DNA of 64,000 bases, from positions 1 to 64,000 of the IMG/VR virus record IMGVR_UViG_3300010356_000549; one strand, given 5' to 3'. The notes beneath the pieces are model-generated. The model was not told the DNA's origin. It saw nothing but the letters and a program-made list of their open reading frames with translations, and did not search any database. Positions 16,538-26,100 of the stretch are shown piece after piece. Position numbers and translations under genes: made by a program. This DNA is from a virus (lineage: Duplodnaviria > Caudoviricetes). The stretch's first letter is position 1. Every line of letters starts with the position of its first letter.

Positions 16538-17424
16538 ACAGATATTTGGAGTATCACCTCCGATCCGCCAAAGAACGGGATATTGATCCGGCCAACGATG
16601 CGCTGAGATATTTGTCAAACCGTTTTGAGCTAAACAGGGAACAAAGGTATTGGTTGGCCTTCCTTTATGCCACCTGCTACTCCTCCACGACTGCCTACTA
16701 CATGTACAATGAGTTCCCCGACTTTGAGACGGTGGACCCAAAGCGCATGACCAGATGGTGGGAAGCTAACCGGGACAAGCTGCTGTTTCAGACCGACAGG
16801 AGATGGACACGCAGCCGGAATCAATGGGTGGATTGCTTCCTCTCTTACCGCTCCTTAGTGGGGAGCGTAGGGAGCCAACACGCACTATTCAAGAGTGCCC
16901 TACGACGCGCAGGAGGGTGTAATCGAGGTGCCTACGACATAGCCTTCTCCCTCAGTAGCACCATCTTCACGTTTGGGAGGTTTACCCTATTCCTGTATCT
17001 GGATGCCATAAATGCCATCACGGAAACATCGTTGAATCCACATAGCCTAGACTTAGTCAACGCTGCCTCTAGCCGGGGAGGATTGGCCTTCGCAGTAGGG
17101 ATGAGTGTAGAGAGTAAAGATTACCCCAAACTCAATCGCAAGTTTAAGGAGTTGGAGGTGGCCGTGGGGGGGCTACCTATAGATGACCAGTTCAAGACGG
17201 TGTGGGCTATGGAAACTTGCCTGTGCGCCTTCCGCAAACACTGCCAGGGGAATAAACGATGGGTTGGCTACTACATCGAGAGGCAGCGCAAGGAGCTGGA
17301 GGCGATGCAGGAAAAGGTTGCGACGGGGGTGAATTGGGACGTTTTGTGGGACTTTAGGGCGGAAACGTATAAGGATAAGCATCTTAAAAATGAAAAACGT
17401 AAAATTAATAGCAGTTGGAGGTGA
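16525..17424 (+). CDS. amino-acid:DNA transferase-like (aGPT-Pplase2/ADDT clade) protein
   Basis: RYWLAFLY..CY, FGRFTLFLYLD, METCLCAFRK, RWVGYYIER; context between TET and kinase genes. Confidence 0.65.
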   Translation: MDTVNRYLEYHLRSAKERDIDPANDALRYLSNRFELNREQRYWLAFLYATCYSSTTAYYMYNEFPDFETVDPKRMTRWWEANRDKLLFQTDRRWTRSRNQWVDCFLSYRSLVGSVGSQHALFKSALRRAGGCNRGAYDIAFSLSSTIFTFGRFTLFLYLDAINAITETSLNPHSLDLVNAASSRGGLAFAVGMSVESKDYPKLNRKFKELEVAVGGLPIDDQFKTVWAMETCLCAFRKHCQGNKRWVGYYIERQRKELEAMQEKVATGVNWDVLWDFRAETYKDKHLKNEKRKINSSWR

Positions 17425-17932
17425 GCCAGCCAGCGGGAAGACATCGGTATTTCGACATGTCCAGAGCAAGCTGGCACCGATGGGGCGGGAGTTCCGTTAC
17501 AAGCTGGTCAGGGGCAGGATGAATGCGGCGGGCGACGTGCTTATGCTGGGGGTGTTTGACGGCTCCTTACATGAGGGGACAGACAAGCTGAGTATGGCGG
17601 TTCAGCCGGACCTTTTGGCGTTCCTGGATGTGCTGGAGGCCAAGGGTAAAAAAGTGGTGATAGTCTTTGAAGGGGACAGGTTATTCAACGGGGCGCTGTT
17701 TGATAAGGTGGAAGAGGACTGTTCGCTGTTTGTCTTGACAACCAACAGGCAAGCGGAGAACATACGAGCGAGGGGGACGAACCAGACAGACGCCTTCCTC
17801 CTATCCAAAAAAACCAAGGTTGCGAACATCTGTAAACGGTTTAAGCATACCCCAATAGAGAACAATCACCCGGAGTCTATGGAGGAGGCGGCGGAGGTGA
17901 TCGTGAAGGAAATCAAAAGGCTCCTCTCATAA
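17390..17932 (+). CDS. P-loop nucleotide/DNA-base kinase of base-modification clusters
   Basis: AVGGEPASGKTS (Walker A), GTDKLSMAVQP, IVFEGDRLF. Confidence 0.75.
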   Translation: MKNVKLIAVGGEPASGKTSVFRHVQSKLAPMGREFRYKLVRGRMNAAGDVLMLGVFDGSLHEGTDKLSMAVQPDLLAFLDVLEAKGKKVVIVFEGDRLFNGALFDKVEEDCSLFVLTTNRQAENIRARGTNQTDAFLLSKKTKVANICKRFKHTPIENNHPESMEEAAEVIVKEIKRLLS

Positions 17933-17936
17933 GGCC

Positions 17937-18872
17937 ATGGAGACAATCAAAAGAAACAAGGTATTAACGGACAGCGACACTGCGGCAATGGAGGGCTCGA
18001 CCCTGCGCAAAAAACCATCTATGGTCATTAAGGGGGGGCACCCCCTTGGGGTTTTTTGTGCCGATACCGGGAGCTGCCTGCTCAAGTATTTGCCACAAGT
18101 GGTCCCCCGAAAAATATGGCTGCCCGCCTATAATGCGCTCGAAGACGCAGCGACCATGTCGGATAACCGGGGGATGGCGTCCGGGGAGCTGGATGACGAG
18201 GAGGCCATGAAGCTGGCCATCCGGCAAGGCGGCATTGGTTTCCATAGGGTGAACAAATACCGCATCCAAGTGGTGTATGAGGGCAACAAGGTTAGCAGCG
18301 TGAACAGGTCAAAGCCATCCATGGGAGGCATAGTGGGATTCTTCGGGAGCGGCCCAAGACAGCCCTTCTGTAGGGTCACCGCCTATGCTCAGAAGGATTT
18401 TGTGAGGTTTAAACGATCATGGCCATTGGTTCGGGCGGTGAATAGCGTTTATCAAAAGGAGATGCCCCACAATTATGAGATACAGGAGGCAGCTTTGGCG
18501 GCTTCTAAAGGGCAGGATTTTATCATTACAGGGACGGCCTTCTCTACCCTGACAGTCAACCGCAATTTCCAAACGGCATGTCACTATGATCGGGGGGATT
18601 TTAAGGAGGGCTTCGGAAACCTGTTTGTCATACGCAAGGGGCAGTATGAGGGAGGCATTACCTGCTTCCCTCAGTATGACATGGGCGTGGACATGCAGAC
18701 CGGGGATGTGCTATTGATGGACGTTCACCGCCTTCACGGCAACACGCCTATCAAACCCAAGGAGCCGGGGGCGGTGCGGCTTGCCATTGTAATGTATCTA
18801 AGGGAAGACATTCTCAAGTGCTCCTCTATGGAGGAAGAGTTGAAAAAAGCCAGAATTGTTACCGCACTATGA
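17937..18872 (+). CDS. TET/JBP-family 2OG-Fe(II) base dioxygenase #2
   Basis: PFCRVTAY, FSTLTVNRNFQTACHYDRGD (HxD), GDVLLMDVHRLHGNT, RLAIVMYLR; clear paralog of #1. Confidence 0.85.
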   Translation: METIKRNKVLTDSDTAAMEGSTLRKKPSMVIKGGHPLGVFCADTGSCLLKYLPQVVPRKIWLPAYNALEDAATMSDNRGMASGELDDEEAMKLAIRQGGIGFHRVNKYRIQVVYEGNKVSSVNRSKPSMGGIVGFFGSGPRQPFCRVTAYAQKDFVRFKRSWPLVRAVNSVYQKEMPHNYEIQEAALAASKGQDFIITGTAFSTLTVNRNFQTACHYDRGDFKEGFGNLFVIRKGQYEGGITCFPQYDMGVDMQTGDVLLMDVHRLHGNTPIKPKEPGAVRLAIVMYLREDILKCSSMEEELKKARIVTAL

Positions 18873-20371
18873 ACACGCTGTCGGAACAGGAGTACCAGAA
18901 GGCAATCGAAGTGCTCATAGCTAAGGCCAGAACCGACTTCCTGACTTACTTTCACCTGTTTAATCCACAGGGAGCCGGGGCCATTATTTTGGGTGACCTT
19001 CACCGCTACCTGATTGAGCTTACCCAACAAGTGTACGAGGGAGGACCGGAGCGGGCGAATAATGCTGTGTCCGTTCCTCCGCAACACGGCAAGAGCACGA
19101 TTCTATCCGTGGAGGCACCGAGCTGGCTGCTGGGAGTTTCCCCCAACATATCCATCGCCATCACGGGTTTCTCCTACAGCCTTGTGACCAAGTTTTCAAA
19201 GGCAATCAGGAGCCGTTTGGAGCATCCACTTTATCAGATCATCTTTCCAGGGGTTTACCCCGCCAAAGGGTCAAACAAGGAGGATGAATGGGAGACAGCC
19301 GTAGGGGGCAGCGTGATTGCCAAATCTTCCGGGGCAAAGCTGACCGGGCGACGGGTCGACTGGTTGATCATGGATGACGTTCACCCCGGTCGAGCCGAAG
19401 CGGAGAGTCCATCCATGAGGCGGAAGGTCATTGAGTGGTATTTCGCGGACTGTCTTACACGCTTACACCCCAAGGCGAAGACGTTTCTGGTGGGCACCCG
19501 CTGGCACCCGCACGACTTGATTGGGCACCTGACTTCTCCCGAGTATCAAGCGGAGCTGGACCAAGAGCAAAGCTCCCGGAAGTTTACCAAAGTCAATATT
19601 GCGGCGATTGCGGAGGAAGGCGTGCCGGACCCTCTGGACAGGCAACCCGGAGAAGCCCTATTCCCTGAGGAGCGTCCTTTGAGCTACCTGAAAAGCATCA
19701 AGGCGGCCATACCCTCCTACGAGTGGGACAGCCAGTACCAAGGCAAGCCTCGCTCTGCTGCGGGCGGGCAAATCGACCTTACCAATCTCCACTACCTGAC
19801 TCCCGATAACATACCGTGGAATGACATAGACGAAATTGTCAGGGGGTGGGACTTGGCCATGAGCGAGAAACAGACTGCGGACTATACCGCAGGGGCTTTG
19901 GTGGGGATCAACTGGGATACGCGGGCGCTGTATATCCTGCACATCTACCGGAGGAGGATGGCGTGGGCCAAGATGCGGAAGGCCATCCTGGACACTGCGG
20001 CGATTGACCTGAGGGGGTATCCCGCAAAGAAAGACGTGACATCCAAAAAGGTGCTGCGTGTGGGGCTGGAGGGGGTGGCCGGGTTCAAAGGGGTGGTTGA
20101 GGACGTGCGGCAGGAGCTACTGGGGACCGTCAAGGTGGAGTTGCGCAACCCGCCATCTCGATCACAAGGCGGAGGCAGCAAGCTACTTCGGGCACAGCCT
20201 TGGCTGAATAAGCTGGAGAAGGGGCTTGTTTATGTGGTCCGGGGCGACTGGACTAAGGATTTCATTGATGAGCTTGACCACTTCCCTGATGGGCCTAAAG
20301 ATGACCAGATTGATGCCGTATCCATTGGGAATGAGATGTTTGACAGGCGGGCGCAATTATTGATTGCCTAA
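18869..20371 (+). CDS. terL: terminase large subunit
   Basis: SVPPQHGKS (Walker A), LIMDD (Walker B), GTRWH..DLIG, GWDLA..ADYT, FPDGPKDDQIDA. Confidence 0.95.
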   Translation: MNTLSEQEYQKAIEVLIAKARTDFLTYFHLFNPQGAGAIILGDLHRYLIELTQQVYEGGPERANNAVSVPPQHGKSTILSVEAPSWLLGVSPNISIAITGFSYSLVTKFSKAIRSRLEHPLYQIIFPGVYPAKGSNKEDEWETAVGGSVIAKSSGAKLTGRRVDWLIMDDVHPGRAEAESPSMRRKVIEWYFADCLTRLHPKAKTFLVGTRWHPHDLIGHLTSPEYQAELDQEQSSRKFTKVNIAAIAEEGVPDPLDRQPGEALFPEERPLSYLKSIKAAIPSYEWDSQYQGKPRSAAGGQIDLTNLHYLTPDNIPWNDIDEIVRGWDLAMSEKQTADYTAGALVGINWDTRALYILHIYRRRMAWAKMRKAILDTAAIDLRGYPAKKDVTSKKVLRVGLEGVAGFKGVVEDVRQELLGTVKVELRNPPSRSQGGGSKLLRAQPWLNKLEKGLVYVVRGDWTKDFIDELDHFPDGPKDDQIDAVSIGNEMFDRRAQLLIA

Positions 20372-20404
20372 GGGCTTGAGACGTTATAAGGTGGCGACCT
20401 ACTT

Positions 20405-20965
20405 ATGGGCAAAAATTACGAAATACTACAACCACTTGGAACAGGCGTCTTAATCAAGAGAAGCAAGCCGAGAACCGTCACCGAGGGAGGCATTCATTTG
20501 CCTGAAACGGAGGTGGAGCGGCCACCAGAAGGGCTGGTCTTGAGGACTGGGACCGGGCCCAAGAAGGCGGAGGCGGATAAATGGGGCGGCTTTACGGTGG
20601 AGCAGGGCGACTTTGTGCTGATAAACAGGTATGGAGCCAGGGATGTCACCGACGACCTCGCCATAGTGAAATCTGAGGACATTCTGGCGCGTATCGAGGG
20701 AGGGGAACTGTTCCCGCTGGACACCACGTTACTGATTCGCGTCCTCCCGAGAGAGACGCAGGCGGGCTCCATCGTATTGCCCGAGTTCTCGCGCATGACT
20801 CAGGAGTTTGGTGTGGTGGTCGACCGGGGCGATAGGTGTAAAATCATCCATGAGGGCGATTATGTTTTCGTGGCATCGACTCAGGGGATGCACTACCGGG
20901 CGCATGGACAGGATTACATCCTGCTTCGGGAGGAGGCTGTCAAGGCATACGCTGACAACCAGTGA
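20405..20965 (+). CDS. groES: tandem double-domain GroES/Cpn10 co-chaperonin
   Basis: two repeats: QPLGTGVLIK..TEGGIHLPE..GDFVL..SEDILA and FPLDTTLLIR..AGSIVLPE..GDYVF..REEAVKA. Confidence 0.85.
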   Translation: MGKNYEILQPLGTGVLIKRSKPRTVTEGGIHLPETEVERPPEGLVLRTGTGPKKAEADKWGGFTVEQGDFVLINRYGARDVTDDLAIVKSEDILARIEGGELFPLDTTLLIRVLPRETQAGSIVLPEFSRMTQEFGVVVDRGDRCKIIHEGDYVFVASTQGMHYRAHGQDYILLREEAVKAYADNQ

Positions 20966-21010
20966 AGTGCTGCTTGCGTAGGGGCGTGGGTTAGCTTAAG
21001 ATTCATCCCA

Positions 21011-21706
21011 ATGAAGCAGGACTCTAAAAATATCTTAATTGAAAACCCACACACCGGGAATGCGTCTTTTGGTGATGCTCTCAAGCTCCTAAACGTGGAA
21101 GCGTTGCCTAAGTATGCTACTCCAGATGAGGCGCGTAAACACTTCCCCGATTGGGAGAAGCTGAGGAAAGTGGTCTTAATCCGCGACCCTCTGGAGCGGT
21201 TCGAGAGTGCGGCGACGGCCTATCTCCTAGGCCGGGATTCCCAGGGGGATCAAGTGGAGGATGAGGAACTGAGCAAGGCACTCACCCCTGAGAAGCGGGG
21301 GGAAGTGATCCTGCGTCGACTCTTAGCCGGGAAGGGGGAGACGCCTGTGGGCCTGCTACCCCAAAGCAACTGGCTAACCTGTAAGATGGACTTGATCCTC
21401 GCCACCCATGACATAGCCAGTTTTTTCAACGTTGTTGACGACCTTTCCCAAGCAACACGCAGCAATACCTTTGCTCACAATCCCGAGGTGCGGGACTTTT
21501 GGGTGAGGGCACGCAGCGACGATAACCGGGCGCTCGTTCGCGAGGTATATGCGAAGGATTACCAGACTTTCTCCACACTCCCGGTGTGGTCCCCGGACCC
21601 AAGCAAGGTCCGTTTCCTGACCGGGTATTGCCCGGACTGCCCCCTTCAGGATGGAAATTTGCAAGATCGTGCAAAATTGGAGCCAGTCAGGAAGCGTAAA
21701 AATTAA
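21011..21706 (+). CDS. sulfotransferase family 2-like protein
   Basis: NPHTGNAS (variant of xPKTGxTS), IRDPLERFESA, PQSNWL, YAKDYQTF; own promoter TTGCGT-N17-TAAGAT. Confidence 0.6.
   Translation: MKQDSKNILIENPHTGNASFGDALKLLNVEALPKYATPDEARKHFPDWEKLRKVVLIRDPLERFESAATAYLLGRDSQGDQVEDEELSKALTPEKRGEVILRRLLAGKGETPVGLLPQSNWLTCKMDLILATHDIASFFNVVDDLSQATRSNTFAHNPEVRDFWVRARSDDNRALVREVYAKDYQTFSTLPVWSPDPSKVRFLTGYCPDCPLQDGNLQDRAKLEPVRKRKN
21658..21675 (-). repeat. 18-bp quasi-palindrome, copy 5
   Basis: exact reverse complement, 36 nt before the portal ATG. Confidence 0.95.
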
Positions 21707-21711
21707 GTATC

Positions 21712-23118
21712 ATGTTTGAACAGTTAAAATCAGCCTTTTTGCGTCGCAGAGGTGAGCCTGACTTGAGCCGGGCGACTCCATCAGAGCTTGCCATGTTGTC
21801 CCGCATAGGTAACCGAAAAGAGCGGGAGTTCATTGAGTCTAAGCTGGGCATCCCGCTTCACAAATTCAGTGACTTTTCCTCCTACCTATCCACTGGACAT
21901 AAGCTGGTTTGGGCATCTTATCGTTCATGCAAGCTAATTGCGGCGGCCATGCTATCGGCTGATTTTAAGATCATATCAGTAGGGGGTCAGAGCCAATACA
22001 CGCTGGTTCAGCTTCCCCCGCCACCTGTAAAGGGGGAGACTGACCCCATCTACTTCTCATCGGGCGGCTTTATCAAAAACCCCAACCCTTATGACTCATG
22101 GGAGGAGTTCGTGGAGATGACTGTTTTCCACCTGGAGTTGACAGGTAATGCCTATTGGCTCAAGGATGAGATTGACCTAAGTGGGCGGCCTTCTGCCTTG
22201 TACCCTTTGTTACCCCACAACATGGGGCCAGTGCCGGGCAAGAAAGAAAAGGTGGCCAGCTATGAATACAAGGTCAACGGCATTATCAAATCGTTCAAGC
22301 CTGAGGAGATCATCCACCTGAAAACCACAAACCCGGTCAACCTAATGCTGGGCATGGGGTCAATTGAGCCGTCCCAGCCGCTGTACAACCAGTTCATCAA
22401 CAAGAACAATCTGGATGAGAAGTTTGTGGAGAACGGTGCCCAAATATCCGGGGTACTGTCCCGCGAGGATGCCGAAGGGCTGGACTCGGAGGACTGGGAC
22501 CGCTTCAAGAAAAAATTCAACTTGGATTATGCGGGCAAGGCCAACGCCGGGAAGACGGCTTTCCTTAACGGGAAGTGGTCATATCACCGCCTTGGTATGA
22601 ACATGGCCGAGATGCAGGCGTTGGAACGGGAGAAGTGGACGGTTGAGCAAATCTTCATGAACCATGGTGTGCCCCTTTCGGTGGCCGGGATTCAGGGGGC
22701 GGCTAACTACGCCACCGCTTCGCAAGATGAACGAAACTTCCGCAAATACAAGGTTGTGCCTCTGCTCGACATGATCGTGGGCAAGATCAACTCAGAGGGC
22801 TTTATCCAAGCTAATGATCCCAACTACACGCTGGTGTATGAAATGTCCGGTCTCATTGACGTGGATCAGATCGTCAAGGAGATGCTACCTTTGCTCAAGG
22901 CTGGAGTCATTACTCGCAACGAGCTTAGGGAAAAGATCAATATGCCGATCATCACAGACAACCCAATGATGGACGAGTTGACGGTGGAAATGACCACAAT
23001 CCCACTGGCATTGGCCGGGGTGGGTAATCCTGCTGATTCCGATCTTGCCCCCAAGGAGACGCCTAAGGCGACAAAAGGAGGAGTGAAGAAAAAACGCTAT
23101 GTCAAAAACATTCGTTAG
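21712..23118 (+). CDS. portal protein (HK97 family)
   Basis: NPNPY, LELTGNAYW, EEIIHLK, GMGSI, QIFMNHGVPLSVAG, GVITRNELRE. Confidence 0.93.
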   Translation: MFEQLKSAFLRRRGEPDLSRATPSELAMLSRIGNRKEREFIESKLGIPLHKFSDFSSYLSTGHKLVWASYRSCKLIAAAMLSADFKIISVGGQSQYTLVQLPPPPVKGETDPIYFSSGGFIKNPNPYDSWEEFVEMTVFHLELTGNAYWLKDEIDLSGRPSALYPLLPHNMGPVPGKKEKVASYEYKVNGIIKSFKPEEIIHLKTTNPVNLMLGMGSIEPSQPLYNQFINKNNLDEKFVENGAQISGVLSREDAEGLDSEDWDRFKKKFNLDYAGKANAGKTAFLNGKWSYHRLGMNMAEMQALEREKWTVEQIFMNHGVPLSVAGIQGAANYATASQDERNFRKYKVVPLLDMIVGKINSEGFIQANDPNYTLVYEMSGLIDVDQIVKEMLPLLKAGVITRNELREKINMPIITDNPMMDELTVEMTTIPLALAGVGNPADSDLAPKETPKATKGGVKKKRYVKNIR

Positions 23119-26100
23119 TAGGAGCACGGCGAGCGGGCGGGCCATGGACCGTGCCCGAGAAGCTGGGCAAAACGACCTCCTATTCGCAAGGTACCGCAAG
23201 TCACCCCAACCTCCTCCAGGGGGCTGGAATGCGGGGAACGTGACCACCTCTGTTCACATCGCCATAAACAGGGACATTGTGAACATCCAAAGGATGGAAA
23301 GGGCCAGGGGCATAAAGGCACTGACTCCAATCCTGACCAAGTTTATGGTCGAGCAGGTCGAGCAGATCATTGAAGTTGCCCTTATGCGGGCGCGGGTGAT
23401 GTACGGTATCCGCAAGTCTAAGTCGGCCATTATTAATGCGGATGCGCATGTGTCCTTATGGGAGGCTGCGATTATGAACGAGCTTTCCGGGACCGGGGTG
23501 CTGGTTTCCCTTACCCAGCCCGCGCTGTCGACCGTTCATCAAAACGTCTATGGGAAGATTGGGCTGGTCCTAAATGGGGAAAACAACGTAGTCAACCCGC
23601 CTAGGCTAATGGCGCGGATGGAGGCCGTGGCTACACGCATCACCGCTATCGGGGAGACTACTCGGGCGCGGGTTAAAAGGGAGGTGATTGACAGCGTGGA
23701 ACGGGGCAACACGGTGTTCGAGGTGGCCGAAAGTATCCGGGCGCGTATGCCTGAGATCGTCACCAACCGGGTGCCCACCATCGTCAGGACCGAGATGGGG
23801 AGGATCAGCGACGACGCCACCAAGTTTGCCATGAAAAACTCTAAAGTGGTTAGCCACATGAGTGTAGTTGGGTGCGAGGCCGTAGAGCCAGGCATTCCCA
23901 CCTATAAGGGGAGGCCGACATGTAACATCGAGAACGTTCCCATTGAAGACGAGCAACTGCTGGAGTTCCACATCAACCACACGGGCGTGATTATCGCATC
24001 CAAGTTTTTCCCAGCCCGTATTGCGGGGCAGCCCACACGGTACGTGGCCATACCTGCGGGTGTGGCTCCAATATCCCCCAACCTTATGCCGCCGGGGGTG
24101 ATTCACCCAGAGGACTTGAGTGTGGACGAACTGGCAAATACTCTCATGGGCTACGTGGAGGAGCACCCCAATAACTACCCTGCGATTGAGGCGCTGCTGG
24201 TCGACTCTTACAAGGTGCCCAAGGCGGATTTTGATGATGCCGTGAAGAGGCTCAGGAAGACGCATAGTGGGTTCAATAGCAGGATGAGTAGGATATTCCT
24301 CTGGCCTAAGGCCGACCTAAACAACGCGGAAGCGCTGGCTGCTCGAATGACCTCCTACGTGGACAAGCACAATCCAACCGCGCTGGAGATGGCCATGTCG
24401 GCAGTCGACGTGGGGGCACCTGTTAAGACCGTGGAGGAGGCGGTTGCTATCCTACAGCGTTCCGGGCGGCTAATGGACGCGGTGACTGACCCTTCTCTGG
24501 TCAAAAACTCCCTTGAGGCTGGATATGCCATCTACATCAAAGTTGCGAATAATGAGGCTTTCACCATGTCCTTAGACGACCTGCGCAAGTGGTGGTGGAA
24601 GTCAGGAGGGACTCTGGATATAGTCGAGCAGGGATTTGACGAAACCCTAATCATCTCCCCGAACGCATACATTCGATTCAGCCTAGAGGAGTGGAAAATC
24701 CATGAAAACGAAATGGTGGGGCGTCTCCAGCGGATAGGCGTGATGGATGAGGAGGGGGGCTTGATTGACCCCTGGAAACGGACCCTGGTGAAGACACCAC
24801 CATTCTCCCGAAGGATCATAACACCACCTAATGTGCCTCCGGTTGACCTCAATATGTTCCCGAGTGGTAAATCCCACCTCAGGGATTTGAACGTCACGGA
24901 GCTGGCGGATACGTTGGTTAAATATGTTGATAAGTATCCACGTTCCTATGAGCAGATGGAGAGGCTGGCGGAGGGTTACCTTGTGCCTGAATGGGCTTTC
25001 AAGGAGGCAGTCAACAGGATCAGAAAGACGCACGATGGATTTGCCCGCGACTCTGCCCGTATATTCCTATGGGAGCGGTCTTTAGGGAGTAACCCGGTGG
25101 CTCTTGCCGCACGCCTTATGGACCTTGATACCAGGCACCCCAACTCTGAGCTGGAATTGGTTATCTCCGCACTGGATAACGGCATACCCTTGCACGTCTG
25201 GAAACAAGCCGAGGCGTTGGTGCAGGATAGAGGAGGGATGCCTAATGCCGTCACGGAGCCATGGAGGGTGCGCAATTACCATCAGGCGGCCTATGCCCTA
25301 AATGACATGGTTTTTCACACCCCTAGGACGAGCAGTACCCTGAGTGAGCTTAAGAGGCTGTGGGTGGACCGGGGCGGTGATGGTGGCACCATATTTGAAC
25401 GGGGGGCGGATCAGCTTTATCGCGTGTACCCTTCCCGATGGATTGAGAGTTCGATCGGTATGGACCCTGACGCTGGCACACCCGCCTTGGAAGCCTTCTA
25501 TGCACGTCTCCAGGCTTTAGGGGTGGTGGATAAGGACAGGAACATCATAGATGTGTGGCTTCGCCCTAGGTCCGAGCCTGTGATACCTCCACAGCGGGTG
25601 CAGGCAGCCAAGCCAAAAAAACCTGTAACGTCGTCGAGGCCTCCGTCCCCCCCGCTCCCGGAGGGTAAGAAAGCAATCAGCCCTAAGCCGGGGAGGCGGA
25701 AGCTACACCCCAATATTGGTAAATCCGCCCAGTATAACGCAGCTCTAAAGGCCGAGGAGATTCTTAAAGAATCCCTGAATTACAAGACAAGTGCGGAGTG
25801 GTCGAAGGAGTTCATTGCTCTGGACAATGAGAAGATTACCCTACTGAACAACATACCGACCCTGAACAAGGTATATCGCAATGTTCTACAAGCCCACGAA
25901 AAGGAGCCGACCAACGCCTTCCTTAAGACCACTCTGGCCTCCACGAAAAAGGACTTAGACAAGAAAGAGGCTAGGCTAAAGGTGGTCGAGGAGGAGATGG
26001 TAAAGATGCGCAGCGAAAAGGCACCCGCCTATGATGTAATGGTGGGCCGGGCTGAGGGCAATATCAAAAAGATAACCGTGCTGGACGAGCTGAACTCGCT

